Assembly: GCA_043228905.1 (NCBI GenBank) | Contig: JBHGNT010000011.1 | Location: 1,736,001 to 1,800,000 of the forward strand | From: Azolla caroliniana | Taxonomy: Eukaryota; Plantae; Polypodiophyta | Reading direction: 5' to 3' | DNA: 64,000 nt | In this document: piece by piece, positions 50,445 through 64,000 of the stretch | How the letters are laid out: the number at the start of each line of letters is the position of its first letter | How positions within the stretch are numbered: position 1 is the stretch's first letter | Made by a program: the position numbers and the translations under genes | The notes under the pieces: model-generated | Databases searched by the model: none | Seen by the model: the letters and a program-made list of their open reading frames with translations, nothing else | Told to the model about the DNA's origin: nothing

Positions 50445-53087
50445 TTTTTTTCTTTTTTCCAAAAAAAACACCACTTCGCATTAGTTAGCAAACAAAGTAC
50501 ATCAAAGACCAACGAATTTCAGCAAAACTCACTCTGATCTTCTCACCAAAGTGATCATAGTCCCCACCCCCTCATTTACAACAAAAGTATCCATCAACTC
50601 TTTTAACATGGTAACTACCTTGTAACACAACTATACATATTTACAGCTCCTGGTCATTAATGGACGCCATTGGCGGAAACAACCATTTGGGTGCTTGGTA
50701 GTTCTATTTAGGCCCTAATGATGATCTCACCACCATACGAGAACTGCCCCATTTCAGTAGAAACTTTGACCGACCTCTTTTTGCTTCATCTGATTCCCCC
50801 GCAACCAAGATACCAGCTCAAACCAAATGTTTAACAACACCTCACCGCTTGAGAGCTTTTGTTGTTGAAAAACAAACTTACAACGCCTAGTCCAAATGTG
50901 CTAGACCGTTAAGCAAGCCACCATCATCCATATCTCCTCAAAAAATTCAAAGTTTGTGCCAAGTCGAACTCCAGCATATTGAAACACATTGCCACCTTGC
51001 ACTATAAATCCATGATCATGGGGGTTTAACTTTTCCACCCAGCCTTCCCCTATTAACTTCAGCCTCTGGAAGGACACCCATACTACTTTCCCATTCACAC
51101 TGCATGCTGCCACGATCCTGAGCCTTCTACCCCAAATGCTAATTGCCTCTACGCAATTCCAAAAACATTGCGGAATCGATTCCAATGAGTGTCCACATAT
51201 CTTGCAACAAGGCTCCCCACCACGACACCTCAGCCACTCCCCCACAGGTACCACCTTCTGGCTAAGAAGCCACAACCAAAGCTTTATTTTTTCTGGCATA
51301 TTGAACGCTCATAGTCTCCGCCAAAACGACTTCAACAAGTCATCAGATATGCCTTTATCCCTCCAGCTATTGCGAGTTTGAGCAACGCCCATTGATTTGG
51401 AGCCAATGATTTGCCTTCCTAGCTCAGTATTATACTCAAAAAACCTTTCCAGTTTGTTCGTTCCAGGTTTCTACCACCATACCTCTAGTGGATCTCGCTC
51501 CAAATCACATAAGTTCTTGTTGTCAAATATCTAGAGTTTGCAATCAATTTCGAGCTTCTCGGGGTCCGAGTTTACTTGCCACTTCTTACCTTCCAGCATT
51601 GCCAACCATTGGCCATTGTCTTTCAAAGCACTTAGGTTGCCCCACAAACTATACTCATTAGATGGGCACCTGCCACGAATAATTTGTGCATCACCCTCAC
51701 CTACAAACCACCCAAACCAGACTAGACCCCCTCTTCGTCATTCAACCTAGCTAGACCATCAACAACCGTATCTATCAACTGAGTCATCTTTTCCAGCCTG
51801 CTAGTAAACAAAGTACTACCAGCATGACCCTCCCTCCTCTTCATTTTGAAAACCTCCCAATCTCTTAGTGAACTAACATTGTACCCTAACATTTGCCCCC
51901 ATGGCAAATATTTTTTCTGGCCAAGCATCATACCACCTTCGCTTCTAATCTCAAGGTTCCAAAACAACGGTTGTCAGAGTTGTTCCTCCATCATTTTTTG
52001 TCGCGTTGAGACCAACCCTTCTCTTAAACTTGACCAGGCCCTCATGATGGTGCAGGCCACCCTGTCCTCCATGCTAGTCGGTTCTTTTAACTTTGGGCCT
52101 GGACTGAACAACCACCACTTATTTGCCTTCTAAGGGTCTTCATTCCTTGAGCACCAGAGTTCAGCTTTTTCTCTAAGAAGCAACTTCCACAACTTTAGTC
52201 TGAGTTGTAGACTTCGCACCAAGAGCTTACCAAGTAAAGCCTTACTTTGGTGAATTGGATCCACCAACCCAAGTCCACCTTGATTTTTCTCCTTGATCAA
52301 ACAACTCCACACCACTTTAGCTGACATTGTCTCATGGTCTCTACCCAACCAAAGGAACCCTCTCACCATTGCCTTAATGTTTTTGATGCAAGCTTTGTCT
52401 AATATCCAACATGCCAACGAGTGCCACATGGTGGCCAACAAAATGCGGTTTACCAAAACCACTTTACCTGCAAGGGAAAGCTTTGCCAATGGCCATAACC
52501 AAAGCTTTTTTCTGATTTTGTCTTTCACTTGCTCAAGTTGCTGATTTTTTTGAATCTCAACTCCCACCAAAAAGTTCAAATATTTAACAACCATTCCATT
52601 GGGGGCCCATTGAAATTCAGCATTAGGGCACCAAAGCGGCCATGGGTTTGGACTAACCCAGAGCCCTCTGCTTTTGTTCCAATTAATTTTCCCTCCTGAT
52701 GCTTTACAAAACAACTCAATCCATCTTTCGGCCTACTGTAAATTAACGTCATTGCCTTGCAGATAGAGCATAGTGTCATCTGCATACGTTGAGTCCAACA
52801 AATCCTTGCACACATGTGGGACAACTAATCCCCTTATTCTTGCATCCGGTCTATTTAAAAACAAAGAGAATGCCTCTAAAATAAATAAATAAAGGTAGGG
52901 GGCCAACGGGCACCCCTGCCTAACAGACCTGCATAATGGAATTGGTGGGCCCTAACACCAACACCGTACTCAAGCCTCCTTTGTAAAGGGCCAACGCATC
53001 TGATCTCCATTTTGAGGGTAGTCCCAACCTCTCCATGCCTTTGTCTAAAAATGGCCACTATACTCTGTCATATGCCTTCCTGAAGTC
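50445..53087 (-). mobile_element. 5'-truncated L1-clade LINE (RT second half to zf-RVT, A-rich tail)
   Basis: DFRKAYDRV, RQGCPLAPYLYL, YADDTML, SGGKINWNKS, LSLAGKVVLVN, GGLGLVD, CKICGHSLESI..CFWNC. Related to the fragment at 40393-42135. Confidence 0.9.
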
Positions 53088-55369
53088 AAGCATGAGACAT
53101 GCAATATGTTGATTGGTTTTCTTTGCTAAGGCAATCGCCTCCCAAAAGATGTATAATTGATAATGTGTTGACCTCTAACACTACAATTCTTGTGCAATCA
53201 ATTTGTTTATTCACTACTCCCTGAAAGTGTAATGAATATTGAGTGGTCATTAGGAGATGGTCTACTCTTGTATATACATATTGACAAATGACTCTCAATG
53301 CCATCATGCATAGTTCATATTCCTTTTTAAGATATCATCCACGGTATTAAAATACAATGCTCAACTCTACACACCTTATCAATAAATCTTATTCGATGAA
53401 GTATATCTTTGGTGTGAGTCTCGTGCCTTTGTCCTTGTGAAGGACACATGAGGTCATTGGTCTTGATTCACAATACACCATATCGTCACTTCCTCAAGAA
53501 GGCTTTAACGACAACCTTTCAAGTAAGAAGCGTGACATTGTAAAGCCACTATCTTCGGGAGAAATCGATCGGTGCACATGATTGTTCATAAAAACATTGT
53601 GTGTGTCTGTGTGCGTGCATGGGGAACGATAATACTTATATCATGAACTTAATGCGATATCAACCCCGTGGACTGAGACTTGAACCCATAATCTTAGATA
53701 ATGCTTGTCTATTTAGATCTAGATAGTTTATTGAAGCTCTCAAATCCACAATAAATGTCTGAGATAAAATCAAATTGATGGCCAACATATGGGAGAAGAT
53801 TCATGATACTATTGACTATTCATAATTACTTGTATTAAATATATTATTGACTACATTCGAATCCAATAGAATTTTGATCTATTCTTTGTGAATAGTGCGT
53901 ATGTGCATGACGCGTATAAAAAATTATATCTTTGTCATCCCAACCCAGTAGGCATATTGCAATGATGTGTGTACAAAGTGTTGAATGACACCTACAAGGT
54001 TGTAGCTAATCCCTGTATTGCAACTTCTTATGCGAAGAATTACACGCAATGCTTTCATATCATGTTTATTACACATCTTTGAGTTGTTATTGAAATGGTA
54101 TGTTTACAATGTTTAAGGTGTTAATGACGTAATGACGATGGCCTCTATACAAGGTTTGATGATTTTGAGAAATTATATCACCATGTCTACGCACTATAGA
54201 ATGCAATGCCATCAAAATATTGGATAGGAGAAGAACCATTCCCATGGGGAGGCATTCCTTGAACTAAGCCATCACAACCTTCTCGTACAAGCTCCGTTAC
54301 AATCACAACCCTTCCATTTCAAGAGTGGCATTACAATTCCTAGATATGTAAGAAAATATATTCAAGTGGAAGCAATGTCATTTGCGCATGCATGCACAAA
54401 GTGATGTTGTGCTCCTAGTTAGCTAACCCTCAACAATATTAAAGAGTCACACATGCTTCGTGTGTTTTCTTAGCTTCTATGCTTGAATAGATAGCACACA
54501 CATGTGCTTGGGGGCGCAAACTTGGAGAAAGCTGTGTGCATGTGGTCATTGATGGTGGGAAACATTGTTGGATGGTCATGAATGCTTCACTTCACATTGT
54601 ATTGCGAGGTGCTCCTCATTCTCAATCTTATGGTTAGGGCAGACTGTGCTTTGCCCTAGTAAGTCTTCTCCAACATCGATTCTAGCTTTGAAGATGATGA
54701 TTACGTTGTAGAGGAGGATGATTGCTCTTCTCGCATTAAATGTTTTGGGGGTGAGAAGATGTGGTGGCCCATCTTGTCATTTTCTTGTAGGTGTCCCAAT
54801 ATGTGGGTTCATGTGAGTGTAGTAGTATTGCAAATTGCTCGTCTTGACATCCTTGTTATATTTGATTATGATTGCATCAAAAACCATAACTCGATATGCA
54901 TCCCGAGTATATCATTGATGTGTAGCTGAAGTAATGCTTTCACATTGCATCTCTTAAACCTAACCATTTGTGTGTGTCGTGCATCCATCTAGAAGAGACA
55001 AATTTACTTATATTTTGTCTTTTAAATTCTCATTAAAGCATCCAAAGCTTGGATAGGTAGGCAATCATGCCTCAATGTCCTTTCGTTTAGCCATACACAA
55101 GTGGTCTCTCATTAGACCCTTTAGTTCGGCCGTTCTCATTCCACCATTTCTAAAGGTCACAAAGACAACAACATGTGGATACAACATGCGACAACTTGCA
55201 CACAATCGCATTCCAAATAAAATCTAGCTAAGGGCCAAGATTAGGGTTGCCTTTGAAAGAGGTCACATGTTCGATATCTTCGTGCTTGTGAGTCGCGAGG
55301 CATGTATGTGTAAACAAGTGTTTGGTTGCCGGGTATTGACTCTCATGTGTTTGGTTTTCTCTACATTTG

Positions 55370-56290
<921 letters not shown>

Positions 56291-56465
56291 TAGCCCCTTT
56301 CTTTCTCTGAGAGAGCGTGGCCCTGGCCATCCATGGTGGAGCTTCCAAGCTTCTGAGAGAAAGAGACAGAGAGAGCTTCCATTCTTCCTTCCTTCAGAGA
56401 GCGAGAGCGAGAGCGAGAGGGGGGAGGGGGGTAGGGGCAGTGGAGTCTGTCATTCATATTATGAA

Positions 56466-58169
56466 ATGACAGAATCAGCTGGAGATCACCATAGCCACTG
56501 CTCTGTCTCTTCTTCTTCTCCGTCTCTCAGTCCTTCCCCTCATCTTCCATTTCTTCCTGCGCAACAACAACAGATGCAGCAACAGATGCAAATGCAGCAG
56601 CAGCAGCAGCAGCAGCAGCCGCCGCCGCCGCCGCCGCCGCGGGTCTATGTACCGTTGAGCAACATGTCCGCCGATTCCTCTGCCATTCCCACCTACGCAG
56701 TCCTGGAATTCGTGGGCTTCTCCTCGCCTCCCCACCTCGCCTCCTCCTCCTCCTCCTCCTCCCCATCTTCCCGCCTTCCTCTTCCTCTCCCTCTCCCTCT
56801 GCCCCCCTCCGCCAGGCGCCACTCCGCCGCCTTCTCCCCTAATCTCCTCATCTCCCCTCGCTATTCCGAAATCTCCGCCGCCGCCGCCTTCGCACACGCG
56901 AATGTGGCCCACATTGCAGATCACTCTCCGCCGGTGTCTCCGGCAGGCGGCGCCAGGAACGCATCATCGAGCACTAGTACCTCCGGCTCAGGAGGCCCTC
57001 CTCCTCCTCCTCCTCCTCCTCCTCCGCCGCCGCTGCCGCTCTCGATCTCGCAAAGCGGCGAGCGGGAGACGGTGGTCCACGCCAGCTCCTCCAACTTCAA
57101 GGACGTTGTCCGGCAGCTCACGGGCGCTTCCAGCGACGACGAGGCGCTCATGCCGGTCACGCTCCCGGCGCGCCTCGCCAGTCGCGTGGCCCCCGATCCC
57201 ACCGCTCTCTCTTCTCCTGCGGCGGCGGCGGTTCCTCCTCCTCCTGCCATGGTGGCCATCGCCCCCCTCCGAGGAAACTCCTTCGATTCCTCCTCCAAGA
57301 CTAGCAGCAATGGCGAGCTCGGCCTCCGGAAGGCCCCCCTCAAACCCCTCCACGAGCGGAGGAAGGCCCTCCGCAACTTGGAGCGCCTCTCCACCGCCGC
57401 CGCCGCCGGTGGTGGCTGCCTCCGCTCCGCCACCGAATTCTCCTCGCCCTCCTCTTCCTCTTCTTCCTCCGCCTCCGCCTCCAAGCTCTCCCCGACCACG
57501 CTCGCCCCCAGCCCTGTCACGCCGCTCGCCTCCGATTTCGAGCGCTTCTGCAATGCCACCACTCCTACTACCGCCGCCGCCGCTGCCGCCGCAGGCGTTA
57601 TCTCTTCCTCCCCAAGGTTCTCCTCCTCCGACGACGGAAGCTCCCATAATGCCGCCTCCGCCTCCTCCCACCGCCCGCCGCCGCCGCCGCCGCCATTTCA
57701 GCATCATCAGCAGAATCTCCCAACAGGTATGTCAAATCAGCAGCATCGTGCCATGGCCGCAGCAGCAGCACAGCATCAGAACCCTAACCCTAACCCTAAC
57801 CCTAACCCTAACCCTAACCCTAACCCTCATCATCACCATCACCATCATTATCAACAGCAACAGCAACATCAACAGCAACAGCAGCAGTTTCATCACACGC
57901 TGCAACCTCAGCATCATCATACATTGCAACACCATGTATTGCATCATCAGCTGCAACAGCAGCAGCCTCCGATGCCATCTGCACCTCCTCCTCCTCATCA
58001 TCAACATCATCAACATCATCATCTTCTCCATCCTCATGAGCAGCAGCATCCTCTTCAGGAATCTCAGACTACTGCAAGTGGCGGCGGCGGAGATGGAGAT
58101 GGAGATGGAGATGGGACGGGGCCTGTCCTTCTCAACCTCTTCCCAGACTCTCCCGTGAGAGGTTTGTAA
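56466..58169 (+). CDS. Intronless VQ-motif family protein (MVQ/VQ4-like subgroup), ~567 aa, rich in low-complexity sequence
   Basis: ETVVHASSSNFKDVVRQLTG (VQ-domain pattern), LHERRKALRNL, PSPVTPL and terminal PVLLNLFPDSP match conserved blocks of MPK3/6-targeted VQ proteins. GC-rich open frame; first in-frame ATG at 56466. Confidence 0.88.
   Translation: MTESAGDHHSHCSVSSSSPSLSPSPHLPFLPAQQQQMQQQMQMQQQQQQQQPPPPPPPRVYVPLSNMSADSSAIPTYAVLEFVGFSSPPHLASSSSSSSPSSRLPLPLPLPLPPSARRHSAAFSPNLLISPRYSEISAAAAFAHANVAHIADHSPPVSPAGGARNASSSTSTSGSGGPPPPPPPPPPPPLPLSISQSGERETVVHASSSNFKDVVRQLTGASSDDEALMPVTLPARLASRVAPDPTALSSPAAAAVPPPPAMVAIAPLRGNSFDSSSKTSSNGELGLRKAPLKPLHERRKALRNLERLSTAAAAGGGCLRSATEFSSPSSSSSSSASASKLSPTTLAPSPVTPLASDFERFCNATTPTTAAAAAAAGVISSSPRFSSSDDGSSHNAASASSHRPPPPPPPFQHHQQNLPTGMSNQQHRAMAAAAAQHQNPNPNPNPNPNPNPNPHHHHHHHYQQQQQHQQQQQQFHHTLQPQHHHTLQHHVLHHQLQQQQPPMPSAPPPPHHQHHQHHHLLHPHEQQHPLQESQTTASGGGGDGDGDGDGTGPVLLNLFPDSPVRGL
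57780..57827 (+). repeat. (AACCCT)8 telomere-like hexamer encoding (NP)8 inside the CDS
   Basis: Directly visible. Confidence 0.95.
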
Positions 58170-61100
58170 TTCCCATAATTATCTTTCTTTCCTTTTGCCT
58201 TCCTCCCCCCCTTTTTCATCTGTCTCTCGTTTTAATTTTCCCTTCCTTCAACATCACCATAGCCTGTCTTATCCTTCTCCTTCATCATCATCATCATCAT
58301 CATCATCAATCTCTCTTTTTTTTTTTTTTTTACTAAGTTGTATCAGTGGGAGAGAGATCTCTCTCTTTTTCTTCCTTCTTCCCTTTTGGTGTTCTCTCTC
58401 CCCTTCTTTTCCATTGATGGCAACATGTAGCAGAATGACATATATATATATATATATATATTCATTGACAAAAGAAAGGAAAGAGAAGAATTCAAGGTTT
58501 CCATTAAAACAACAGCAACAGAAGCAATAGCATCATCATCATCATCATCAAAGAAATGGTCTATTCTCACCATGACTACTATTTCTATTAACAAACAAGA
58601 AACAGACACTTTTGGACGCATCCAGATTTTATTCTTTTACTCTTTCTGATTCTGAGCTGTACACAAATTGGAGCATTCATCATCACATCATATGACCAGA
58701 AGAAGAAGAAGAATTAAGTCACATGTGACATAAATATATATGATTGAGTTTGATGCATTTGGCTGGTTTTGATGTTTCTTTGTATGTGTTTCTATATTCA
58801 TGTACATGTATGTAATGTATGATGTTATGCATGTATATTATGTATGTGTTATGTATGTTATGCATGTAAATTATGTGTGTGTTATGTATGTGGCTGGGAT
58901 TGAGGCATTCATTTGAATCAACCCAAAATGCAAAGAAGTTCCCCAACATGTTATGTTGATCATCATTCATGGTATGTGAATTTTTATTGTTGTCTCCATC
59001 TCTTCTATACATTGCATTCGGGATCTAACGAAACCCCGCTTTGTCTCTAGTTCTATCACAATGATTGATGACAAAGTAGTCTCGCCAATGCATCCCATTC
59101 TCTCATTTAGCTTAACATTATTGAGTAAGATCTTCGCATGCTGTTTCCAGCATTGGCATTAGTTAGTTAGCTTAGCAATATGGAATAAAGCCTTTCCTTT
59201 CCATGTCAGATTCTGTATTTGGTTAACAAGGTGAGCAGGTCTTTCCATGCTAACACTATCGAATTTCGTCGTTACCCAATGCCATTGAGGAAAGCTTGTC
59301 TAATATCAGACATGAAAATTCGTGGAAACTATTGTGATTATATATGATGGTAATTGTTCCACATGATGTGTTCCTCCTATCAATTCCTTTGGTACAATAA
59401 TACCCTTTGCTTCATCAATGCAGGTTTGCCCTAGCAATTTTAGGCTAATGAATGTTGTGGATATGTTATGATTATTAGCATTTGATTGATTGATTGCAGT
59501 GTGATGATATCCATTTACACAAATAATGGGTTGTTGTGCTAGGAAACTCATCTTCTGTCTTCATCCTTTGAGTAACCTCGTGATAAAATATTCGCCATTG
59601 TATAATTGTAAGTCAGTGTTTGATGGTAGATTCTGGAGGGCAAAGTATTCGGTAAGTTTAAATTGAAGCTAAACATGGTTGGTCATTGTATGTGACCAAG
59701 ACAGAATTTCATGTTGGATGGATCTATAAGGTTTTTAGGTTAATTGTCGAAGCGAATGTGTTTTGTCAAGCAATTCATTGCTTGGCTTTTGCGATGCTAT
59801 CATTTTAGAACCCAGTGTGTGAACGAAATGACCTCTAAAGTCGAGAATATGGATCATTAGTTAGTTAACTGTTAGTACAATGATCTCAACTTTGAAAAAA
59901 ATGGATTGTTCTTGGTCCAAGTGTGCAATGATTGTGAAGTAGAAATATGGATTGTAATTAGTCAACAATTAGTGCAATGATCTCAATGTGGAAGTATGGA
60001 TCACGTGGTTTTATCATCTTTCAAAAGTAATCATCTCGGTGTAGAAATATGAATGTGTTTTAACAATGAGTGCAACAACATTCGATGCATTTCTTTGCGG
60101 TTGATCCAACAAGCATTAAGCTTTAAGAGAAACCTTTACCATTGATTACCACACAGTTTGCTTATATATACTTCCACTTGTAATGGATGTAGGCTTTCTT
60201 TCCACAGTGCCACGTTAGTTATTGAAAGTCTTGCCAGCATTGCCTAGGAAAGGTAATGTTGTCCATTTTCAAAAGCGGAATTCATAAAGCCATTTGTGTA
60301 GCAGAAATTATCGATCCGATTAGCATTCAAATTAGACATGAAAGTATCGTGGAGAAGTGTGAAACCATAGAGCCATTTTTTTAAGGACGAGCTATTAGTT
60401 GGCATGCTCTTGGATAAGAAAGAACTGTGGGTTCATGTGAAAACAACTAGTGACAGATGGATTAGGCTTGTACTTCGAGGTCATAAATGACCTTGCCGAT
60501 TTGTAAACGATTTATTCCTCCACCACCAAGTGATTTCTATGTTGGTAAAATATGGAAACATGTTAGTAGATGTATGTGTAAATGAGGGTCTATGCATGTG
60601 CTTACTATGTATCTTCACATCTGTTGGGGCAAATTGTATTGATAATGTGTGTTCTTTAGCATGCAATGTTTGCTTTCATTTGAATTTTGAAGTTCATTAG
60701 TTTAGTGTTGAAGTCTGGAAACGGAGGGGATTTGGTTAATCTTCATTGTTTTAAAATGATGTACATATATTATTTACCGAAGTAAATACATGGCCAATCA
60801 CTTTCGTTCTTAAATTTCTAAATGCTTTGGAGAGTAGAGGATTAATTACTACAACTTGACGTATGGGTATCATTTCATGAATGAAAATAATGTTTTCTAG
60901 TACGTATGGCTTGAGATGACATCATTGCAATAAGGTTTCACATAATAAGGTGCATATTTATATGATATATACCACAATGCCATTTCAACACTTTGCCAAT
61001 ACAATATGACAAGCTATTATCGTCATACTCTATAAGGGAGCTCGGAATACTTTCAATTGGACAAATATTTCCCACTTGACGATTACATCTTGTTTCTAAT

Positions 61101-64000
61101 TGTTTGGCTTGTACGTAGATGATTGGACTTGGATGAGATCATGACTAATTGGATTACGCATTTCAGTGACTTTTAACAAATATAAGTTTTGTGATCGTCC
61201 ATCCATATAAAGTATCCATGTTGGAACTTGACTTATTGGTTATTCCAGTGTTTCTTCAAGTTTGTCATATGCTGTTAACTCATTGTTGTCTCCCAAATGA
61301 ATCACATTTGGTTTTCTTGATTTAAATCGTGTCTCTAGTCAGCATATTCTGTGTCGAGCAATATGTAGGCAAAGCATTCCAATGGACCCAAATGCAAAGC
61401 ACTCTGAGTTGTCTAGACAATTTGATGCGGCCACATTCTTGCATCTAGAAACATAAAGAAATTTGAACATCCACTTGTTTGCGTTATACAAAGTGATACT
61501 CAAATGCTTCACTACTTTCTTCTCATTCTTTTGTCTAGTCGTACCACCTAATCACCATATGGGTAACAAATTTATATGAGACAAAGCCTAGAATCTAACA
61601 TGTAACTCAATGTCTAAACAACTCTCATCGCCTCTCTAATAAAGTGCGCATTTACCCATAATAGCGGTTCTTTCTTTATTTGTGGGTTTTAGAGCACTCT
61701 AATATTGAAATGTCACCATTCATCAAACCTAGAGTCACGAAATGCCACGATCTCGGGTTTCAAGAGTCCAGTAGACACGGTAGAGGCACCCACGCACCTC
61801 ATAGCTCATTTTTGAAGTCACCATTTAAAGGTGTTCGAAAACTATTATGACTCATTTTCTTCAAGATACACACGAAAATTAAAAGCAAAGAGTAATGCTT
61901 TGCAATCTTCCAAAGGACTCTCCATAAAATGGAAAAACTGACCTCTCTTATTCACATTAAATCTATAATAAATGAAATATCCTTACAATATGAACATGAT
62001 ATGTGGTTTTGAAGAGGCAATGCCGGCCGGGCTCTAAACATATTTTCTTGTCCTGATAGTGACAGGTTTTAATAAGGGGAAAGGAAAAAGTTGCACCCTT
62101 TGCCCAATCATATAAACTTAGTGACCTCTTGGGGTTAACTTCTCTTTAAAATTCGGATGTCCGGACATAGGCAAGGTCTTGCCCGCGAAGATCCAACATG
62201 TAACAAATTATGGGATGTACAAACTCCAACTTTAGGGCCAGTTCATGTCAACGCTATTTTCATTGATGAAAGGTTAGGAAATTCACACCCAAGCAAGCCG
62301 CCTACCCAACTCGTATGCAGAAAGGGTAGAATGTGATTGGAGGCCTCCAAGTATGAATAATATGTGCCATACCTTTAAAGAAAGTAGTTCGTTTTGATTC
62401 ATTACAAAAATTCAGGAGCCAATAAATATTTAACACTTATAATATAAAGATGACATTTGATCGCTAAGATTGAAACACGGGCTTTGGCTTCAAGATTGAA
62501 ACATGGTCTTTGGTGTCCCCCGAATTATGGAGGTTGAAGACCCCTTCTTATTTCTATGCATTGGATAAAAATATGTCCAAGCTATTTCACCATGGAGCCA
62601 AGGAATGTGTGCCAGACAACTTCTGGACCCTATGACAAAAATATGGAGCTTTAGTGTCAATCTTTTTATGTGTTCCCTATGACAAAAAAAATATGTACAA
62701 TTTGTCTTATGAAGGCATTGATGGACATAGATGAGCCCCAGTTTGTACCCGACACATACCATTTTGTCTCGCCTTTTCTAGAGCCTATTCAAACATGCAA
62801 TATATGCTAAAATCCAACATCCAATCCTTTGGGCTTACATGATCCCTAAGACTTTGGACGAATATTTTCAACCTCGGTTTTGTATAGGCAACGAAAGTAT
62901 CCCACTTTTGTCTACCATTTTTTTCTTGGATGATGTATGGGCATTAACCCTACATGTCCTCTTGATTTTTCACAATTTTGTATATGCCTCATGGTTTGAA
63001 CAAACTTGACGAGTTGAAGGAACATTTAGGGAGGATGACAAGTTTAAAGTCTACAATAACCTATTAGGCCCTTCTTGCTAGGGCAATACACTAACTAAAC
63101 CTTGGACTATGTACGTAGTTGAATCAAACCGACTAGGATTTAACATCGAGATGATATATTGTTCTTGGTATGAGGCAATACAATGGTGACATGGTGTACA
63201 TGTGTACATGCAATATGCAATGATATACATGCAATCTACATGTCTCAGACATCTTTAATGTGCTACAGTGACTACGAAGATAACAAAAATATCAAATTTA
63301 ATGTGTTTGCAAAACATAAATTTCATTATACACATTTCTGTGTGGACATGTTTTGTTATTCGTGAATGTATATGAACTTTAAAACTACCTAGTCAATGGA
63401 AATTGCTTACGTTTACCTTTGTAGATGACATTGTTTTTTGGCATGCCAGATGGAGCTCTAGAGCAAAATGTGATTGGTTATACGAGGATGGTTGATATAA
63501 AGCACCTATGTTTTCTATTAGCAAACAATTGTGGAAAAGATGACCAATCTTGGGATTGATAAGTGGTGCTTGATCATCGCATAAACATTGGTCCAAAGGC
63601 AGTCCCAACAACTTTTTTAAATTTTACTTTTCGTCCTCATATTATATTTGTTTTTTTTTGCAATTAATAACTTGCCATACATGATAGTCTTTGACTTGCT
63701 TTTTAACTTATTTTTGTTTTGTTGTCTTTGCACCCTATTCCTCGTGCTTGTTTACGATTGTTGTGACATCCACTTAAGTGTTGTTTATGATCTTCACAAC
63801 AACTAAGTAGGAGATTGTTGTGGAGATTAAAGTCATTTTGTACAAATTCTATTATTTTCTCTAAGCATTACACTACAATGTAACACTTACGTTTATGTGG
63901 TCTCCAATCTTGATATTACATTATGGGTAAGAGTTATGGGAGAAGGATAAAAATATGGCACAAAATTAGTGATAAACCCAAAATAGGCTAGAGAGGGTTT

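Noticed and set aside
57780-57827. Interstitial telomere
   Set aside because: Only eight hexamers, in frame in a CDS; Asn-Pro repeats are common in plant proteins.
56475-58158. Long overlapping and antisense ORFs over the VQ gene
   Set aside because: Shadow frames of GC-rich trinucleotide repeats with no recognisable motifs.
58200-64000. Additional genes or exons downstream of the VQ gene
   Set aside because: Only short AT-rich ORFs with no recognisable domain; spliced exons cannot be supported or excluded by eye.

Overview
Eukaryotic, transposon-dense window that looks like a seed-free land plant such as a fern, lycophyte or moss (inferred from Tcn1-like chromoviruses, an RTEX-like LINE, a Sola-like transposase and a VQ-family gene). 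Bases 1-42 kb are a deep nest of elements whose order can be reconstructed from target-site duplications (TSDs). It holds two related Ty1/copia elements, three nested self-priming chromoviruses plus a solo LTR, a 9.9-kb non-chromovirus Ty3/gypsy element with an extra 3' ORF inserted in an RTEX-like LINE, L1-type LINEs, and two Sola-like DDD transposase relics. Bases 42-55 kb are decayed AT-rich TE debris. The only clear host gene is an intronless VQ-motif (MVQ/VQ4-like) protein at 56466-58169. Three observations stand out. (1) The Ty3/gypsy element at 19902-29794 has no polypurine tract (PPT); in its place is a copy of the 3' end of mature tRNA-Arg including CCA, i.e. a second, antisense primer-binding site (PBS), suggesting tRNA priming of both DNA strands. 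(2) A beta-class N4C/N6A DNA-methyltransferase-like fragment is joined divergently to the Sola-like transposase. (3) Chromovirus LTRs carry an antisense tRNA-like A-box/B-box hairpin. All family assignments come from motif recognition by eye; no database searches were run.
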